Shown here: positions 37,307-49,399 of the stretch, in pieces
Numbering within the stretch: the stretch's first letter is position 1
Layout: each line of letters begins with the position of its first letter
Origin: Xylographa opegraphella
Taxonomy: Eukaryota
Assembly: GCA_022813865.1 (NCBI GenBank)
Contig: JALDZX010000057.1
Coordinates: 62,001-126,000 of the forward strand
Direction: 5' to 3'
DNA: 64,000 nucleotides
The notes under the pieces: model-generated
What the model was told of the DNA's origin: nothing
The model's input: the letters and a program-made list of their open reading frames with translations, nothing else
Databases searched by the model: none
Translations under genes and position numbers: made by a program

Positions 37307-38299
37307 TTACCACGGTCCAACACGAACGGGTAGGCCAGCGCCAAATGTGCCAGACAGTAGCTCCTGGCGGACAGTACTGAGATCATGCCCACGAGATCCA
37401 CCTTGCGGAGGTTGACGATCTCCACCCATCCATCCGAGTATCGAATTCAGCTCGCTGACGGCTTCTTGCATTCTCCCCTGGGCTTGCTGGTTATGTTTGG
37501 TCAACTTCTGATCCCACCCGCCATATTGGAGCTGCATTCCACCGGCCCGTTTAGCAGCTTCCCTCAAAACTAGTGCCCACGCTTTCGAGATCTCCTCATA
37601 AGCATTTTGTTTGTGGAGACTATTTTGAAAACTATCCCAGTTTGGAAGACGGTGTATGATTTCGGTTGCGCCATCGAGAAAGCTGAGAGCTTGTGTAGCT
37701 TGAGGCTCGTTTGGTGGTAAGAAATGTGGGGTAAAGTCATTCAGGGCATCTAGTAATGCTACCAGAGGTTGTCGAACCCTGTTGTACGCATAATCTGATG
37801 TAGAGTTGCCGCCAAAAGGGAAGGATGCTTGTAAAGCTGTTTCGTAGTTTTTCAGGACCTCGAGTGCAGATGTAACACTCGGTCGAGGTGCTGCGTTGAC
37901 AACCTCCGTGCCGATCGAGGGATGATGCTCACAGATGATTCGTAGTACGCCTCGTAATGATTCAGCATCTAGAGTCTCCAGAAGTCGAGGGAGAGCAAGA
38001 GGACGGCCGGCAGGCCCAGATCTGGCTCGCTTTATTGCTCGTTGTAGCGGTAATGACTGGGACGGGATAGCAGGTGAGGTCGAGGGAGAGGCAGACATGC
38101 GGTCGTCAGATCGAAGATCATCATCATCAGCTTTTCGCTTTCTAGTGCTGGTCACATTTGAAGGAAATGACACTGCGTCGATGTGTAAGTATTTTCTGGA
38201 GTCGGCAAGGGAGTGATACAAACTTGTTCGGGTCGGCGAACGACGCGTGGGGTAGAAGTTGTGGGGAAAAGGCTGCGGAGTTGAGATGATACTGTTCAT
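37307..38299 (-). CDS. sts1: Tethering factor for nuclear proteasome Sts1/Cut8
   Basis: Basic NLS-like RKRKADDD, GRPLALPRLLETLD, DYAYNRVR, LNDFTPHFLPPNE, LSFLDGATEIIHRLPNW and NAYEEISKAW. There is probably a short in-frame intron near the 5' end. Confidence 0.92.
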   Translation of the reverse strand: MNSIISTPQPFPHNFYPTRRSPTRTSLYHSLADSRKYLHIDAVSFPSNVTSTRKRKADDDDLRSDDRMSASPSTSPAIPSQSLPLQRAIKRARSGPAGRPLALPRLLETLDAESLRGVLRIICEHHPSIGTEVVNAAPRPSVTSALEVLKNYETALQASFPFGGNSTSDYAYNRVRQPLVALLDALNDFTPHFLPPNEPQATQALSFLDGATEIIHRLPNWDSFQNSLHKQNAYEEISKAWALVLREAAKRAGGMQLQYGGWDQKLTKHNQQAQGRMQEAVSELNSILGWMGGDRQPPQGGSRGHDLSTVRQELLSGTFGAGLPVRVGPW

Positions 38300-38860
38300 A
38301 GCTGCAAGAGCAGACACACAGCACGGTGCTCCGTTATACAGTCTACGAAGCTCGTGGTCGAGGCGAGGAGTGCTCGCGGAGCGATAAACGGGTTCGAGTA
38401 TGGAGGAGTGTGGAGTAGTGCTGTCAGTGGTGCAGGATGTCTAGTGCAGCCAGGATCTGCTAGCGCCTTCTCATGTGGTGGCATCCAACCAGAATCGTCG
38501 ATTACGGCCTCCCACCCAACATCCCTTACAACAATGCGCAAGAATAGTTATTGTGACGGTCAACAAAGAAAAGTAGAAAGGTAGTTACGCGGTGTACTCG
38601 AGAGCTACGAAGGCTTGACTCTACCTACAAGGTCGCAGTGTGTGCTTGACAAGTCATGTGAAATTTAAGTCATCGGCTCCTGGATACCAGTGTTGTCTCA
38701 ATTGATAAGTGATCAGGTACTGCACACATCTAATCCATGTTATTCCGTCAATGCTGAAGCAAACCCTCGAATGAGCCCAGTGCTCAGGGATTTAGTCATA
38801 GCATCCCCTATCCGAACACCACTTTTGAAATGCGGTAGGGGTTACATCAGGGAGACCCGG

Positions 38861-41800
38861 CTACAAATACAGAGATTGTGCCGCGACAATATCCCGGCGC
38901 ACTTTAGCAAGAGACTGCTCAAACTTTTGCTCTAAATCTTCACTGCCCATTACCTTGGAAGCCTGGGCCATTTGCCGTAGAAGTTCTTCGAGTCGACGGA
39001 ATAAGCGGATTAGACTGCCTTCGTACACGTCGGTCATTTTGCTGCCACAATTAGTATGTTGGGTATCAAATGTCGCAACTGAAGCAGACATACCAGATCT
39101 CTGCAAAGGATCGTCCATGCGCCCAAGCGTGCACCACCTCCATGAGTTGATACTTGAAGCCTTGTACATACTCGTCTTCGTTCAGCTGTAGTTTGCTCTC
39201 CTGCGAGATCTTTGCGATGATTCTTGCTTGTGCCTGTATCTCTCTGAAGGGCTTGGCAAGTTCCTCTTTCAAAGGCAGCGCGTCGGCCTTCTCCTCGAAA
39301 ATGAAACAGCTTAAGACTGCAGCACATACTTCTGGTGTCAGCTCATTGAAGAACCGGTTGAAGAGAAGCTCGCTAAGCAGCAGCTCATCACCAGTGCTGA
39401 TTTCACATGCCACACGGGCTTTGAGCTCCACTACTTCTGCCTCGTTGATGAAATCCAGACGGCGAAGTACGCGCTTACGGCACTTGAGCTCGTCCAGCTG
39501 CATTATGGACAATGCGGCAGTGATTTGCTTCTTGACAGCTCTGATCTTATCGTTCAGCTCTACTTTGTCAGCATACTGGTTATATAGTTCAGCTAGCCGT
39601 GGAGAATTATGCAGAGGATTGGTGAGCAGACGAGACTCGAGAACCTCGATTTTCTGGTCTTGACTTAGCATCACAGCAACAACTTGAGCACAGTTGACTA
39701 CGACGTACCCGTAATAGCTTCTTGAATGAACCATCTGTAATACCCATATTCTCAATCGGGTCGAGAACCGCAATCCCATCAGGAAATCGCCTCTTTACCT
39801 CATCGAGACTTTTTCGGACCGTGTTTCTTTGATCCGGGGATTTGAGGTTGTCCGGAAGGAATATCCTGATGTGGCTGATAGATTCGACGCAGGAGAGCAG
39901 CACAGGGACGACATCCATCTTCACCTTCTCGTCTTCCAATGGTGGACGGATACCCTGTGGCAGATCTTGATGTGTTTTCGTACCATTTGATGAACTATCA
40001 GCAACTTGAAGCAATACATCGAGGATGTAGGATTGCTGTGGTGGTATCGACTCTGTCTGCTCGCGTGGTAGCTTTCTTGCTGTAAAGTTTGTGACCGCTC
40101 CCCATCCAAAATCATAGTCCATGTGCTTAATGCGAACCAGTCGGCCGGGTTGCATGAATTGAAGACAGTAATTTGGATGATTGATCACATCGCGCATGTC
40201 CTTTGTGTAACTGCTGAGTTGCTGCCGTAATTCATAATACTCCCGAATGGTGCTCTCGTCTGTGATTTCCATTGTAGACCGCTGAATTTCAAGTTCGTGC
40301 AGGTCTATTTCACTGTTAGTCATTGTCATGATGACTGACTTCGATAATCTCACCCCTTTCAAGACCTGATACACCAGCAGTGTTTTGGAACTGGTAAAAA
40401 CACCTCTCGAGCATGAATTCCGGTGATATCCCTTCAACTCTCATGAGATTAAGAATCATGTTGTAACCAAGATAGAACGCCGAATTCAGCTTGTCCTGTT
40501 CCCCACGAACAATCTCCTTTGCCACACTGGGTTCCATTTTTTCATCAATCATCATTATTACTATACCCCTGTCATCGAGACCTCTACGACCCGCACGTCC
40601 AGACATTTGTACAAACTCAGAAGGAGTTACCCACCGCTGTGATACCCCATCGAACTTCCGGACGCTCGTAAAAACGACCGTCTTAGCAGGCATATTGAGA
40701 CCTATAGAGAAAGTTTCCGTCGCGAACAGAACCTTGATAAGGCCTTCTTGGAAGAGAATTTCGATCGTTTCTTTCAGGATAGGGAGGAGACCAGAATGAT
40801 GAATACCAATACCGCGCTTGAGAAGTGGGAGGATATTATGGATTTGTGGCAACTGTTTGTCTTCATCAGACAGGATCTCAAGAGCACTGTTGAAGACCTT
40901 GTCGACCATTGCTTTTTCGGATTCATCGTTGAAGGTGAGATTGCTCATCTGCAGTGCGTACGCCTCACACATGTTCTTGCTGAAACTGAACACAATGACC
41001 GGATTGTAGTTCTTGAGCATGATCATCTTCACGATCTTGTAGATATCAGAAGGACCTTTCGTGCCTCCTTTGTTCAGCCTCTTGTCCTTACCTCTACCTT
41101 TACGTTTAGCCATAGCATCCGCGGGATCATCGCCTTGCTTATCTGCGATCGTATTCATGGCTTTATTAAAATTTTCTTCTCGAAAAATACCCTTCTCATC
41201 AACAACCAAGTGTATACCATCAGCACCAGCAGGGAAGAAATAATGCTGTAGAGGGGTAGGACGGAAGTCAGTGTAGACTACATGACATGGTTGACTGTGC
41301 GTCTTTGTGATCCACTCTGCAAATTGCATAGCATTGGGTATCGTTGCAGACAAGAAGACATAGCGAACTTTATCAGGTAGAAGAATAATTGTTTCTTCCC
41401 ACACCACACCTCGGGCTGGTTCGTGTCAGTTACCATGTTGAAATTCTTTCGAATATCATACCTTTGTCTCTCAGATAGTGTATTTCATCAAATATAACCC
41501 ACGCGACCTCTCTCATGATTTCAGAACCTCTATAAAGCATAGATCGAAGAATCTGAATACTTCAGCATGCAATCGCACCCGAAAACCACTGACCCTCACC
41601 TCTGTAGTCATGACCAGACATGTTGCAGTCGGGTTGATTGTGACGTCTCCTGTCATTAGCCCAACATCTCCAAACTCTTGAGTAAATTCTCGGAATTTCT
41701 GGTTGCTCAACGCCTTTATAGGACTCGTATAGATAACTCTCTGGTTATGCTTGAGACTCTGCGCTATGGCATACTCAGCAACCACAGTCTTTCCCGCGCT

Positions 41801-42343
41801 GGTATGCGCAGACACGAGGACACTCTCCCCTCTCTGTATCGATGCTATTGACACTTGCTGAAAAGGATCCAGAACAAAAGGCCATGTCCGCGCTGGTGAT
41901 TCAGGAGGTTTATGTTCTGATATAGGTATATAGTTGTAATCTGGTGGTAGTGCGACTTGATGTCTGACCTGATGCGAAAGAATGACCGCAGTCCCCTCTT
42001 GAGAACTTTGCAAGCCAGCAGATGCCGCAACCTCCCGGGACTGTTCTGTCTCAAAAGTGTCCGTCACTACTGGCTCGGGCTCTGCTTCGCGCCTTTGCCG
42101 TTTCGCATCTGGGACATCTCTGCCATTGTTAACTGCTTTTGTACCATTGTTGACAGTATCTTCAGACGGAGATTCAACCGTATCTTTGAGATCATCTGCT
42201 TGTTCGCTCAGTGGCTCCTTGGTTTCTCCATTGGCCCGTCTCTTCTTGCTCTTTTCCCTCCTGGATAATTTGTCGCCATTTTGTGTTTTAGTCGCTCTTG
42301 CACCTTGCGGCTGTTCGTCAAAGACGTCAGATGGCTCGTCCAT
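38861..42343 (-). CDS. mtr4: Ski2-like RNA helicase Mtr4/Dob1 (TRAMP/exosome cofactor), multi-exon
   Basis: [49 protein letters not shown], an arch/KOW region, and the C-terminus [19 protein letters not shown]...[11 protein letters not shown]. Confidence 0.97.
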
Positions 42344-42590
42344 GACAGTTCAACCCCGTGGAGTTGGGGTTGTTGTCTCGCAGCTCGCACACGGTAAAGT
42401 GTTAGAGATATGCTGAATGTTGAGTATTGAGATTCCGCTGTAACTAGAATCACTAGTCCAGAAATTTTGCGGACGGGAATTCCCGCAATGCGGAGCTCTC
42501 AAATTCCTTCGCCCGGCCGCCGCATTTCTACAATTAATTGATTATATTTATTGTAAAACCGGTCAAGACTCGCGCTCAGCGCTCACAAAG

Positions 42591-44566
42591 ATGGCAGATA
42601 GTGAAAACCGCAGCTCTAAGCGGTCTCGCTTTGATCAGACTGAGCCGGAGACAAAACGGTCCTCACGTTTCGATCGTCGTTCTCGTTCGCCAATCAGTCG
42701 GCACTCAGAAGCCAGACGCAGTCGAAGTCCTCAAGTCAGAGATGGTCCTCTCAGTCCAAGACCTGAAGAACGGAAGAAATCTGGTTTGGATCCTGCTGCA
42801 GCTGCGGGTGAGCTTTCGTTACTACAGTTCTCTCTACATTACTAAGTTAGATCAGCTGCTGCAGCCGCCAAAATAAATGCTCAAATACAGGCTAAGAAAG
42901 GCATTCAGCATGTCGATGTACCACCTATTCGTGCGGTACGTACTCCCAAACCTGTTTCACCAAGACAATTTTTCGTCGACTGTATGTGGTTAATCATAAC
43001 TAGGTCGCGAGTCCTACTGGCAAAGCGTCATCGCCAGGAATATCCGGCTCAAGCACAAGCAATATTAATGGCGATATGTATATTGCGGATGGTGACTATA
43101 TCAAGGACATTGAAGTCAACGATCTTCGCAATCGATATACACTGACAAAAGGATCCACCCAAAAGACGGTAAATACTCTTGTCATACCACTGATATTCCC
43201 AGGCACTCTTCTTCAAGGCGATCTGACAGCTTCGTTGACATGCTTGGTTAATTTTTTTTTGTTTATTTTGTGGGAAGAGTTGAAAGCTTACGCTCAACTG
43301 ATATAGCACTCTTCAACTCCTCTTTGGCATCTGCTGACCTCCGCTGCGTGACATCTAGATCAAAGAAGAAACTGGGGCCGGTACGCTCAAATCTATAACG
43401 TCACATTGTTGTTGAATAAGCTCATGCGTATAAAGATGTCACTACCCGAGGAGAATACTATCCGGATAAAAGCCTTGCGACAGCAGCAGTCAGTAGCATC
43501 GTGGTACATCAGTATCAGTAAAGGGTTCACTAAGTTGATATTTACAGAACCCCCCGCTCTACTTGCATATCACGAGTACCACCAAAGACGGGCTTGAAAA
43601 AGCGGTCGAAAAAGTTCATGAGCTGATGAAACAGGAACTGCCGAACCTGGTCGATGAGCGACGATTCAGACGTAGAGAGCCGGAGCAGGTAGAGCGTGAT
43701 GAGTTTGGACGAGTGAGCTGCTTTGACGAATACATATGGACTCTTACTAATCTCGGTCAGCGTAAATGGCCCGAGGAACGTATTGCCATCGACCTGGAGC
43801 CCTTACCCGGATTCAACCTTCGAGCCCAGGTTGTAGGGCATGGAGGTGCTTACGTAAAACATATTCAGCAAGAGACCCGTTGCCGCGTACAGATCAAGGG
43901 CCGGGGCTCAGGCTTTATGGAACATGGAACGGGAAATGAAAGCGATGAGCCAATGTATCTTCATGTAGCGTAAGTACCATTCCCGCCAGCAGTCACAGCT
44001 TCCTTGGCACCTGCTGATTTTTCAGTGGACCTGATCCGAAGGAGGTTCAGCGAGCGAAGGAGCTTTGCGAGGATCTACTTGCCAATGTTAAGGAACAACA
44101 TCAGAAATTCAAGGAGAATCCTCCACAACAAAGGGGCTATGGGCAGGGTGGCTACGGGCAAGGCGATCGCCAAGGCTATGGTTCCTATGGGGGTGGCTAT
44201 GGAGCTGGGTATGGGGGTACACCAGGTTACGGCTCAGCACAGAGCCCGGCCTCTCAGGCACCGCCGGGTACTCCTGGGGCACCTGGAGCAGCAAGCCCAA
44301 CTACAGCTTACGGTAGTGAGGATCCGTACGCTGCGTATGGTGGTTATGCCAACTATGTGGCCTGGTACACTTACTACGCTCAGCAACAGCAGGCTGCTCC
44401 GGGAGCACCTCCAGGCCCGCCAGGCGATGCTCCTCCACCTCCTCCCCAGAGTGGATCTCCACCAGCCAATGGGGGATACAACGCTGTGAGTTTTGAAAGA
44501 CCATAACTTGGTTCCTTGTGCTGCACTGCTAAATTAATCCAGGTCCCGCCGCCCCCTGGTATGTGA
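42591..44566 (+). CDS. KH-domain RNA-binding protein, KHDC4/BLOM7-like, multi-exon
   Basis: RS-rich N-terminus, DPAAAAAAAAAKINAQI, DIEVNDLRNRYTLTKGSTQ, DVTTRGEYYPDK, PPLYLHITS, FNLRAQVVGHGGAYVKHIQQETRCRVQIKGRGSGF, and a Gly/Tyr/Pro-rich tail ending VPPPPGM*. Confidence 0.88.
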
Positions 44567-44905
44567 GATGCTGCACAATCCATGTCTTGCTTAAAGAATC
44601 GATAATTCGGGTATCCCTGCCTGGGTCTGACAAAACAATCTAGCTTGTGTTTATTCTGAGGCGTCTAATAAATATACATGATAGTGGCGTAACTTGAGGG
44701 GAACTGCTAGTACTCAAACTTACAACCAAGTGCAAATTACTGTACTTCCAGTCGGTCAATGCTGGTCACTTTCAGCTCTCGATCAACTCTTTCCCACTGG
44801 AAGTTCATGTGGCTGTTGGCAGTCATCGAGCTCTTTCTTCGTGATTCATATTGCTGCCGACGACCCGTCACCTTTCGCACAACATCCGATGAAAACATGC
44901 CATAG

Positions 44906-46474
44906 TCAATCATAACCCTCTCCCAAAAAGTCCTGCTTCTCTCTCTGCGTACTCACCCACTCCTCACTGGCCAGGCCCTCCTCTTTCCGCCTCCTTAACC
45001 CCCTCGCATCCTTACACCAGTCGCATGCATAGTCGCAGAGCGGCTTCTCCGCTTCCAGGAAATACTCGCTGATAACCCGATGCCGACACCTCTCCACATT
45101 CTCACAATACTCCACCAGCTTCTGGAAGCTCTTCGCCCGGCCCTCCATCTGCGCCTGCTTGCCCTCCTTCCCGTTCGCAGCGTCCCGCGCGATGCGATAG
45201 GCTGCTCGGTCGCGGTCTTCCCGGCTGTAGTACAGCACACACACGCTTGCCTTGCCGTCCCGTCCGGCTCGCCCAGCTTCCTGGTAGAAACCTTCGAAGC
45301 TCTTCGGCATGCACCAGTGCACCACGAAGCGGACGTTCTCCTTGTCGATGCCCATGCCGAAGGCGGTCGTCGCGACGATCACGTCGTGGCCGGCCTCGCT
45401 GCTCACCCACTTGGCCTGGCACTCCGCTCGCTCCAGTGTCGACAGTCCGGCATGGTACGCGGCTGCGCCGATACCTTGCTTCTGCAGCCGCGCCGCCAAG
45501 GCATCGCATTCGGAGCGGGTGGAGGTGTAGATGATGCCTGAGACGGCGTCGACCCTCTCGCCTTTGGCTTGCACTTCTGCTTTCCGCGCGGGGTCGCTGC
45601 CACGGCGGGCGTGCACGCTTTGCAGCCATGCGACAAAGGAGGAGAAGCGGGAGTCGTCGTTGTCGGAGGTGAAGCTGACTTCGTAGTGGAGATTGGGGCG
45701 GGAGGTGGTGGTCGCGAAGGTGCGGAGAGTTCTCTTATTGAGACCAAGGGTGTTGATAATATCGTCGCGAACGCTCGCTGTTGCGGTAGCGGTGAGGCAG
45801 ATGATGGGCGTTGATGGGTAGGTGGCGCGGAAGTGGGAGAGGTGTAAGTAGGCGGGGCGGAAGTCATGGCCCCATTCGGAGATGCCTATGTAAGCATTAG
45901 AGGGATGTCGGGCCGGGGATATTGAGCATGAGGAGACAGGAATGCTCGAGTACATACAATGCGCCTCATCGATAGCTATACGCGCAAGCTCTCCTTGGCC
46001 GTAGATAGTCTTCAAATGGCGACGGAATGTCTCTGATAGACAAAACTCCGGCGTGACATATAGAAGACGAGTTCGAGGGTGACCGCAACGAAGGTCTTCC
46101 ATAATGACATCCCGCTGGTCGGTGGGAGTCTTGGAGTTGATGGTCGCGACATCGATGTTCGCTGCCTTCAATGCGCCAACCTGATCTTTCATAAGAGCAA
46201 GAAGTGGAGAGATAACGACGGTGATACCATGGTTGATCACGGCGGGGAGCTGGAAGCAAAGCGATTTGCCGAAGGAGGTCGCGGCTTGCACGAAGACATC
46301 GTGGCCGTCGAGGGCGGCGGTGATGATCTCGCGCTGGTAGGGCCTGCAGGAACGTGAGTTCACAGTGCGAGTTTATGCTCGAAGCATTGATTTGTACCGA
46401 AAACATTGCTTGTTGAAGACTCGCCGGAGAGTGAAGTCAACATCGACCTGCGCTGCTTTTTGTCTCGCTGGCAT
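44906..46474 (-). CDS. Short RecQ-family DNA helicase (helicase core plus Zn-binding RQC region, no long N/C extensions)
   Basis: Exon 1 MPARQKAAQVDVDFTLRRVFNKQCFR, then FRPYQ, AATSFGKSLCFQLP, IDEAHC, SEWGHDFRPAY, LTATAT, ATTAFGMGIDK, YQEAGRAGRDG and the Cys cluster YCE..CRH..CDYACDWC. Confidence 0.92.
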
Positions 46475-46524
46475 CCTGATATTCAGTGGACGTGGGCTGT
46501 GACTAGGACCTAGGACTAAAATAG

Positions 46525-46556
46525 TCGCGAAACGCGAGATCACATGTCCGCGACGC
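46525..46556. promoter_or_regulatory. Cluster of CGCG-core (MCB/SCB-like) motifs upstream of the RecQ gene
   Basis: TCGCGAAACGCGAG and CCGCGACGC lie within 80 bp of the RecQ ATG. Such motifs are typical of G1/S and DNA-repair promoters in ascomycetes. Confidence 0.4.
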
Positions 46557-47023
46557 TATTCATCTATTGGGTAATAATTTCCAGTGGACTACGTGAGTAA
46601 TTATGCATCATCGAAGTTTCAGTAAGGTTGGTCTGAACGAGTATGCTAAAATCATATTTCGTGGCGGCTAGCTGCTTCTTGTCGGGATTTCTGATTTTGT
46701 ATTTCAAGGAAAGAAGTGAACTGCACCGAAAGTCATCCAATTTTGAATCTATATTTATCAAGACTCATAGATTGTGGAACGTGATACGACAACTTGCTAC
46801 TCATAATACAATTTTCGCTTTGTTCAGGAGATACCTGTTTACCTACCTATAGCCTATGTACCTACCTATGTACAAGAGTCTCACAGCTTGATGCCTTCTG
46901 AAGGTATAAGAGCAGCGCCGTTACTTTTTGTCATCGCTCAAACGAAGTAACTACCAATCATGCATTCATTTGAACATAATTGAGGAGTGATGCTGGAGAC
47001 ACCGCTCGTCGACCTGATCCGTC

Positions 47024-49399
47024 CTATCCGCCACTATTTGGCGTCGCATATGGCTCCGGCGTTCTTGACCTTGCCTTAATTGTATCATTCACACTCTTTA
47101 CGGTCGCCTCACCTGGCGGGTCAGAAAGTGTATTGATAGGGGTGCTACTTTGGCCGCCGTCGTACGACTCGAGCGCATCGTGATCAGCAATTGGCCGCTG
47201 TGGTAGGTGACGTCTTGATGGAGGCTCAAGCCTCTGTGATTCTTGACGCTCCTCCATCTCAATTGCCTCTATAGAACCTGGTATCAGAGGTGGTGGGCTT
47301 GAAGCGCTTCGTTGACTCCTGGATTGCAATGACCGATTGTCGTATCGTTCAGGCTGCTGGTAAGTGTCATCCGGCTGAGGATCATACAGTCTTGGCGATT
47401 CTATCTCTGGGGTAAAAGAATCTGAGTTGTCTTCACGAGGGTCTGGTCTTCCAACAAAAGGCTCTGGCTCTGGAGTGGAGGACATATCAGAAAAATCTGG
47501 TAAAATTCTGACAGTTCTTCTATGTACTGTGCGTCGTTGGGGAGGGCTCTCTTGGCCATTCATACCGAAGAAAGCCCTCCCTTGGCCATTCATATCGAAG
47601 AAATCGACCCCCCTACGCCTGTTGTTATTTACCTCTGGAGGTTGGCTGACTGGCAAGCTTGGAATACGACTGCTTGCGGCTACAAAGACGATGTCTTCCG
47701 TTTTTTGAATAAGTCGGACCAGCTTTCTCGAGTCCCATAGAGATCGAAAACAGAAGGCTCTGACACAAGCGGCTATAGCCGCAAGAAGAATTGCTGTACT
47801 GTTGTCGTACCTATTTTCCACGATCCAAGTTTCTGGCGGATTTGACGTAAATGCCTCAGAAAAATCCACAGTATGTTCTATGGTCCCTGTTATCGAAGAT
47901 GTCCGAACACAATTTGCGGTTACATCAACTTCCAAGAACAACGTTTCTGTCGATTCAGATACCAATGATTCAAAGAAAGTCTCGTTCATTAGAGCAATGA
48001 TCCCCACAATATCAATGATATGGGAAGGAATACTCGGTAACCTCTCTCGAAGTGCAATATCGAATTTGTAGCTGGCTTGAGCTTCCTTACGACTAAATCT
48101 TGGCTGTTCGTGTTCTCTGTATCTGCGTTCATTGCAAATCCATAAATGCTTCATTTCTGCTAAAATACCCTTCTCCGTATCTGATAATGTTCCCAGATAG
48201 CGCACTTGATGAATACTTTCGAGTAGCTTGGAGACGTTTTGCGCGGATACTTCAAAGATTGATGGTCCATTGTACCTATCGTGATCAAATACTGCGCCTT
48301 TCGGACTAATGGGTAGGTGCAACAAGCCGAGTATTTGACGATGTATATCGGATCTTTTCACATAACTACCGTCGGTACCTGGCATTCGGAACCATGGGCC
48401 TTGGTTGCCATTTGCCTCAGTGGCAGCGGCAACCCTATCGAAATCAGAAGTCTCCAGTTGGATGCAGTAGAGATTCTTCATATCAAGGCCCATCGCTTGA
48501 GCCCATTTCTTATGATGCCCAGTCTGAGCAACAAATTCTCGAGGTTTAAAGCTATAGAACTTTCCTTCCGGAGATTCCCCATTCCTTCCCCCACTGTTAT
48601 AATTCGGCTGGAAACTACTCAAATCATAAACGCGATCATCTACGAGAGGTCCCAGCGGTAAACAGCCCAACGCCAGCCAGGATAATTGCCACAATGGTAT
48701 CGGATCTGGGTATAGTTCCTCGCTGTCGGCTTTGGAATGGGGTATGAAGTAGACTTCATCGATGCTCATCTCCGACTCGTCGAGCTTACAACGCCACCAG
48801 ATTGTTCCTGTGATACCGTAGAGCTTCATAGAGCTTGGACTAGAGTCCCACGCGTCACTCTTATCCTCGTCTTCCTCTATCAACAGTCGGCTCGCATTGT
48901 CGTTGGCGATGGCCTTGCCATGATCATCTCGCTTGCAGTAACGGCCAAGTAAACCAATCGCTAGGATCCAGAAACGGTGCACTGGCAGCCAAGATTGTCT
49001 TTGACGGAGAACGAGATTATCTCCTTCCCGCACACCCGACGAGTACATCTCGATTATGGCGGCCAAGTTCACCCATCCCGTTTTGGAAATCTCGAAGGAT
49101 CGCCGAAAGTTGTCAGATTTTTCAAACAGATGAGTTTCACAGAAATGATCCTTCGGGTTCGGAGGCTCCATGAGCAACGGAGCCTTGACCTTGAGAAAGA
49201 AACGACCTTCGGACGAAAGCTTCAACCCATTTCGGATATATCCGGTGCGCTGGCTATCGATTGCATTCAGTGCTTCATGACGTTCGCTCCTCTTTTCTCT
49301 CAACAGTATCAATGGGCCAACAATACCAATCAAGGCTATCAGCGCCAAGCCAACGGCAGCCCATGTACCAATAACACCAGCAAGATTCAAGCTATCCAT
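47024..49399 (-). CDS. Uncharacterised ~790-aa protein with an N-terminal transmembrane helix
   Basis: Long intronless ORF with first ATG at 49399 (MDSLNLAGVIGTWAAVGLALIALIGIVGPLILL), a globular middle and a disordered C-terminus. Confidence 0.75.
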   Translation of the reverse strand: MDSLNLAGVIGTWAAVGLALIALIGIVGPLILLREKRSERHEALNAIDSQRTGYIRNGLKLSSEGRFFLKVKAPLLMEPPNPKDHFCETHLFEKSDNFRRSFEISKTGWVNLAAIIEMYSSGVREGDNLVLRQRQSWLPVHRFWILAIGLLGRYCKRDDHGKAIANDNASRLLIEEDEDKSDAWDSSPSSMKLYGITGTIWWRCKLDESEMSIDEVYFIPHSKADSEELYPDPIPLWQLSWLALGCLPLGPLVDDRVYDLSSFQPNYNSGGRNGESPEGKFYSFKPREFVAQTGHHKKWAQAMGLDMKNLYCIQLETSDFDRVAAATEANGNQGPWFRMPGTDGSYVKRSDIHRQILGLLHLPISPKGAVFDHDRYNGPSIFEVSAQNVSKLLESIHQVRYLGTLSDTEKGILAEMKHLWICNERRYREHEQPRFSRKEAQASYKFDIALRERLPSIPSHIIDIVGIIALMNETFFESLVSESTETLFLEVDVTANCVRTSSITGTIEHTVDFSEAFTSNPPETWIVENRYDNSTAILLAAIAACVRAFCFRSLWDSRKLVRLIQKTEDIVFVAASSRIPSLPVSQPPEVNNNRRRGVDFFDMNGQGRAFFGMNGQESPPQRRTVHRRTVRILPDFSDMSSTPEPEPFVGRPDPREDNSDSFTPEIESPRLYDPQPDDTYQQPERYDNRSLQSRSQRSASSPPPLIPGSIEAIEMEERQESQRLEPPSRRHLPQRPIADHDALESYDGGQSSTPINTLSDPPGEATVKSVNDTIKARSRTPEPYATPNSGG

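Noticed and set aside
35686..37380. ORFs of 86-220 aa between the DUF7918-like gene and sts1
   Set aside because: No motifs and atypical composition; 36718..37380 is antisense to the sts1 3' region.
44995..46406. Many overlapping ORFs within the RecQ gene
   Set aside because: GC-rich shadow frames of the helicase CDS.
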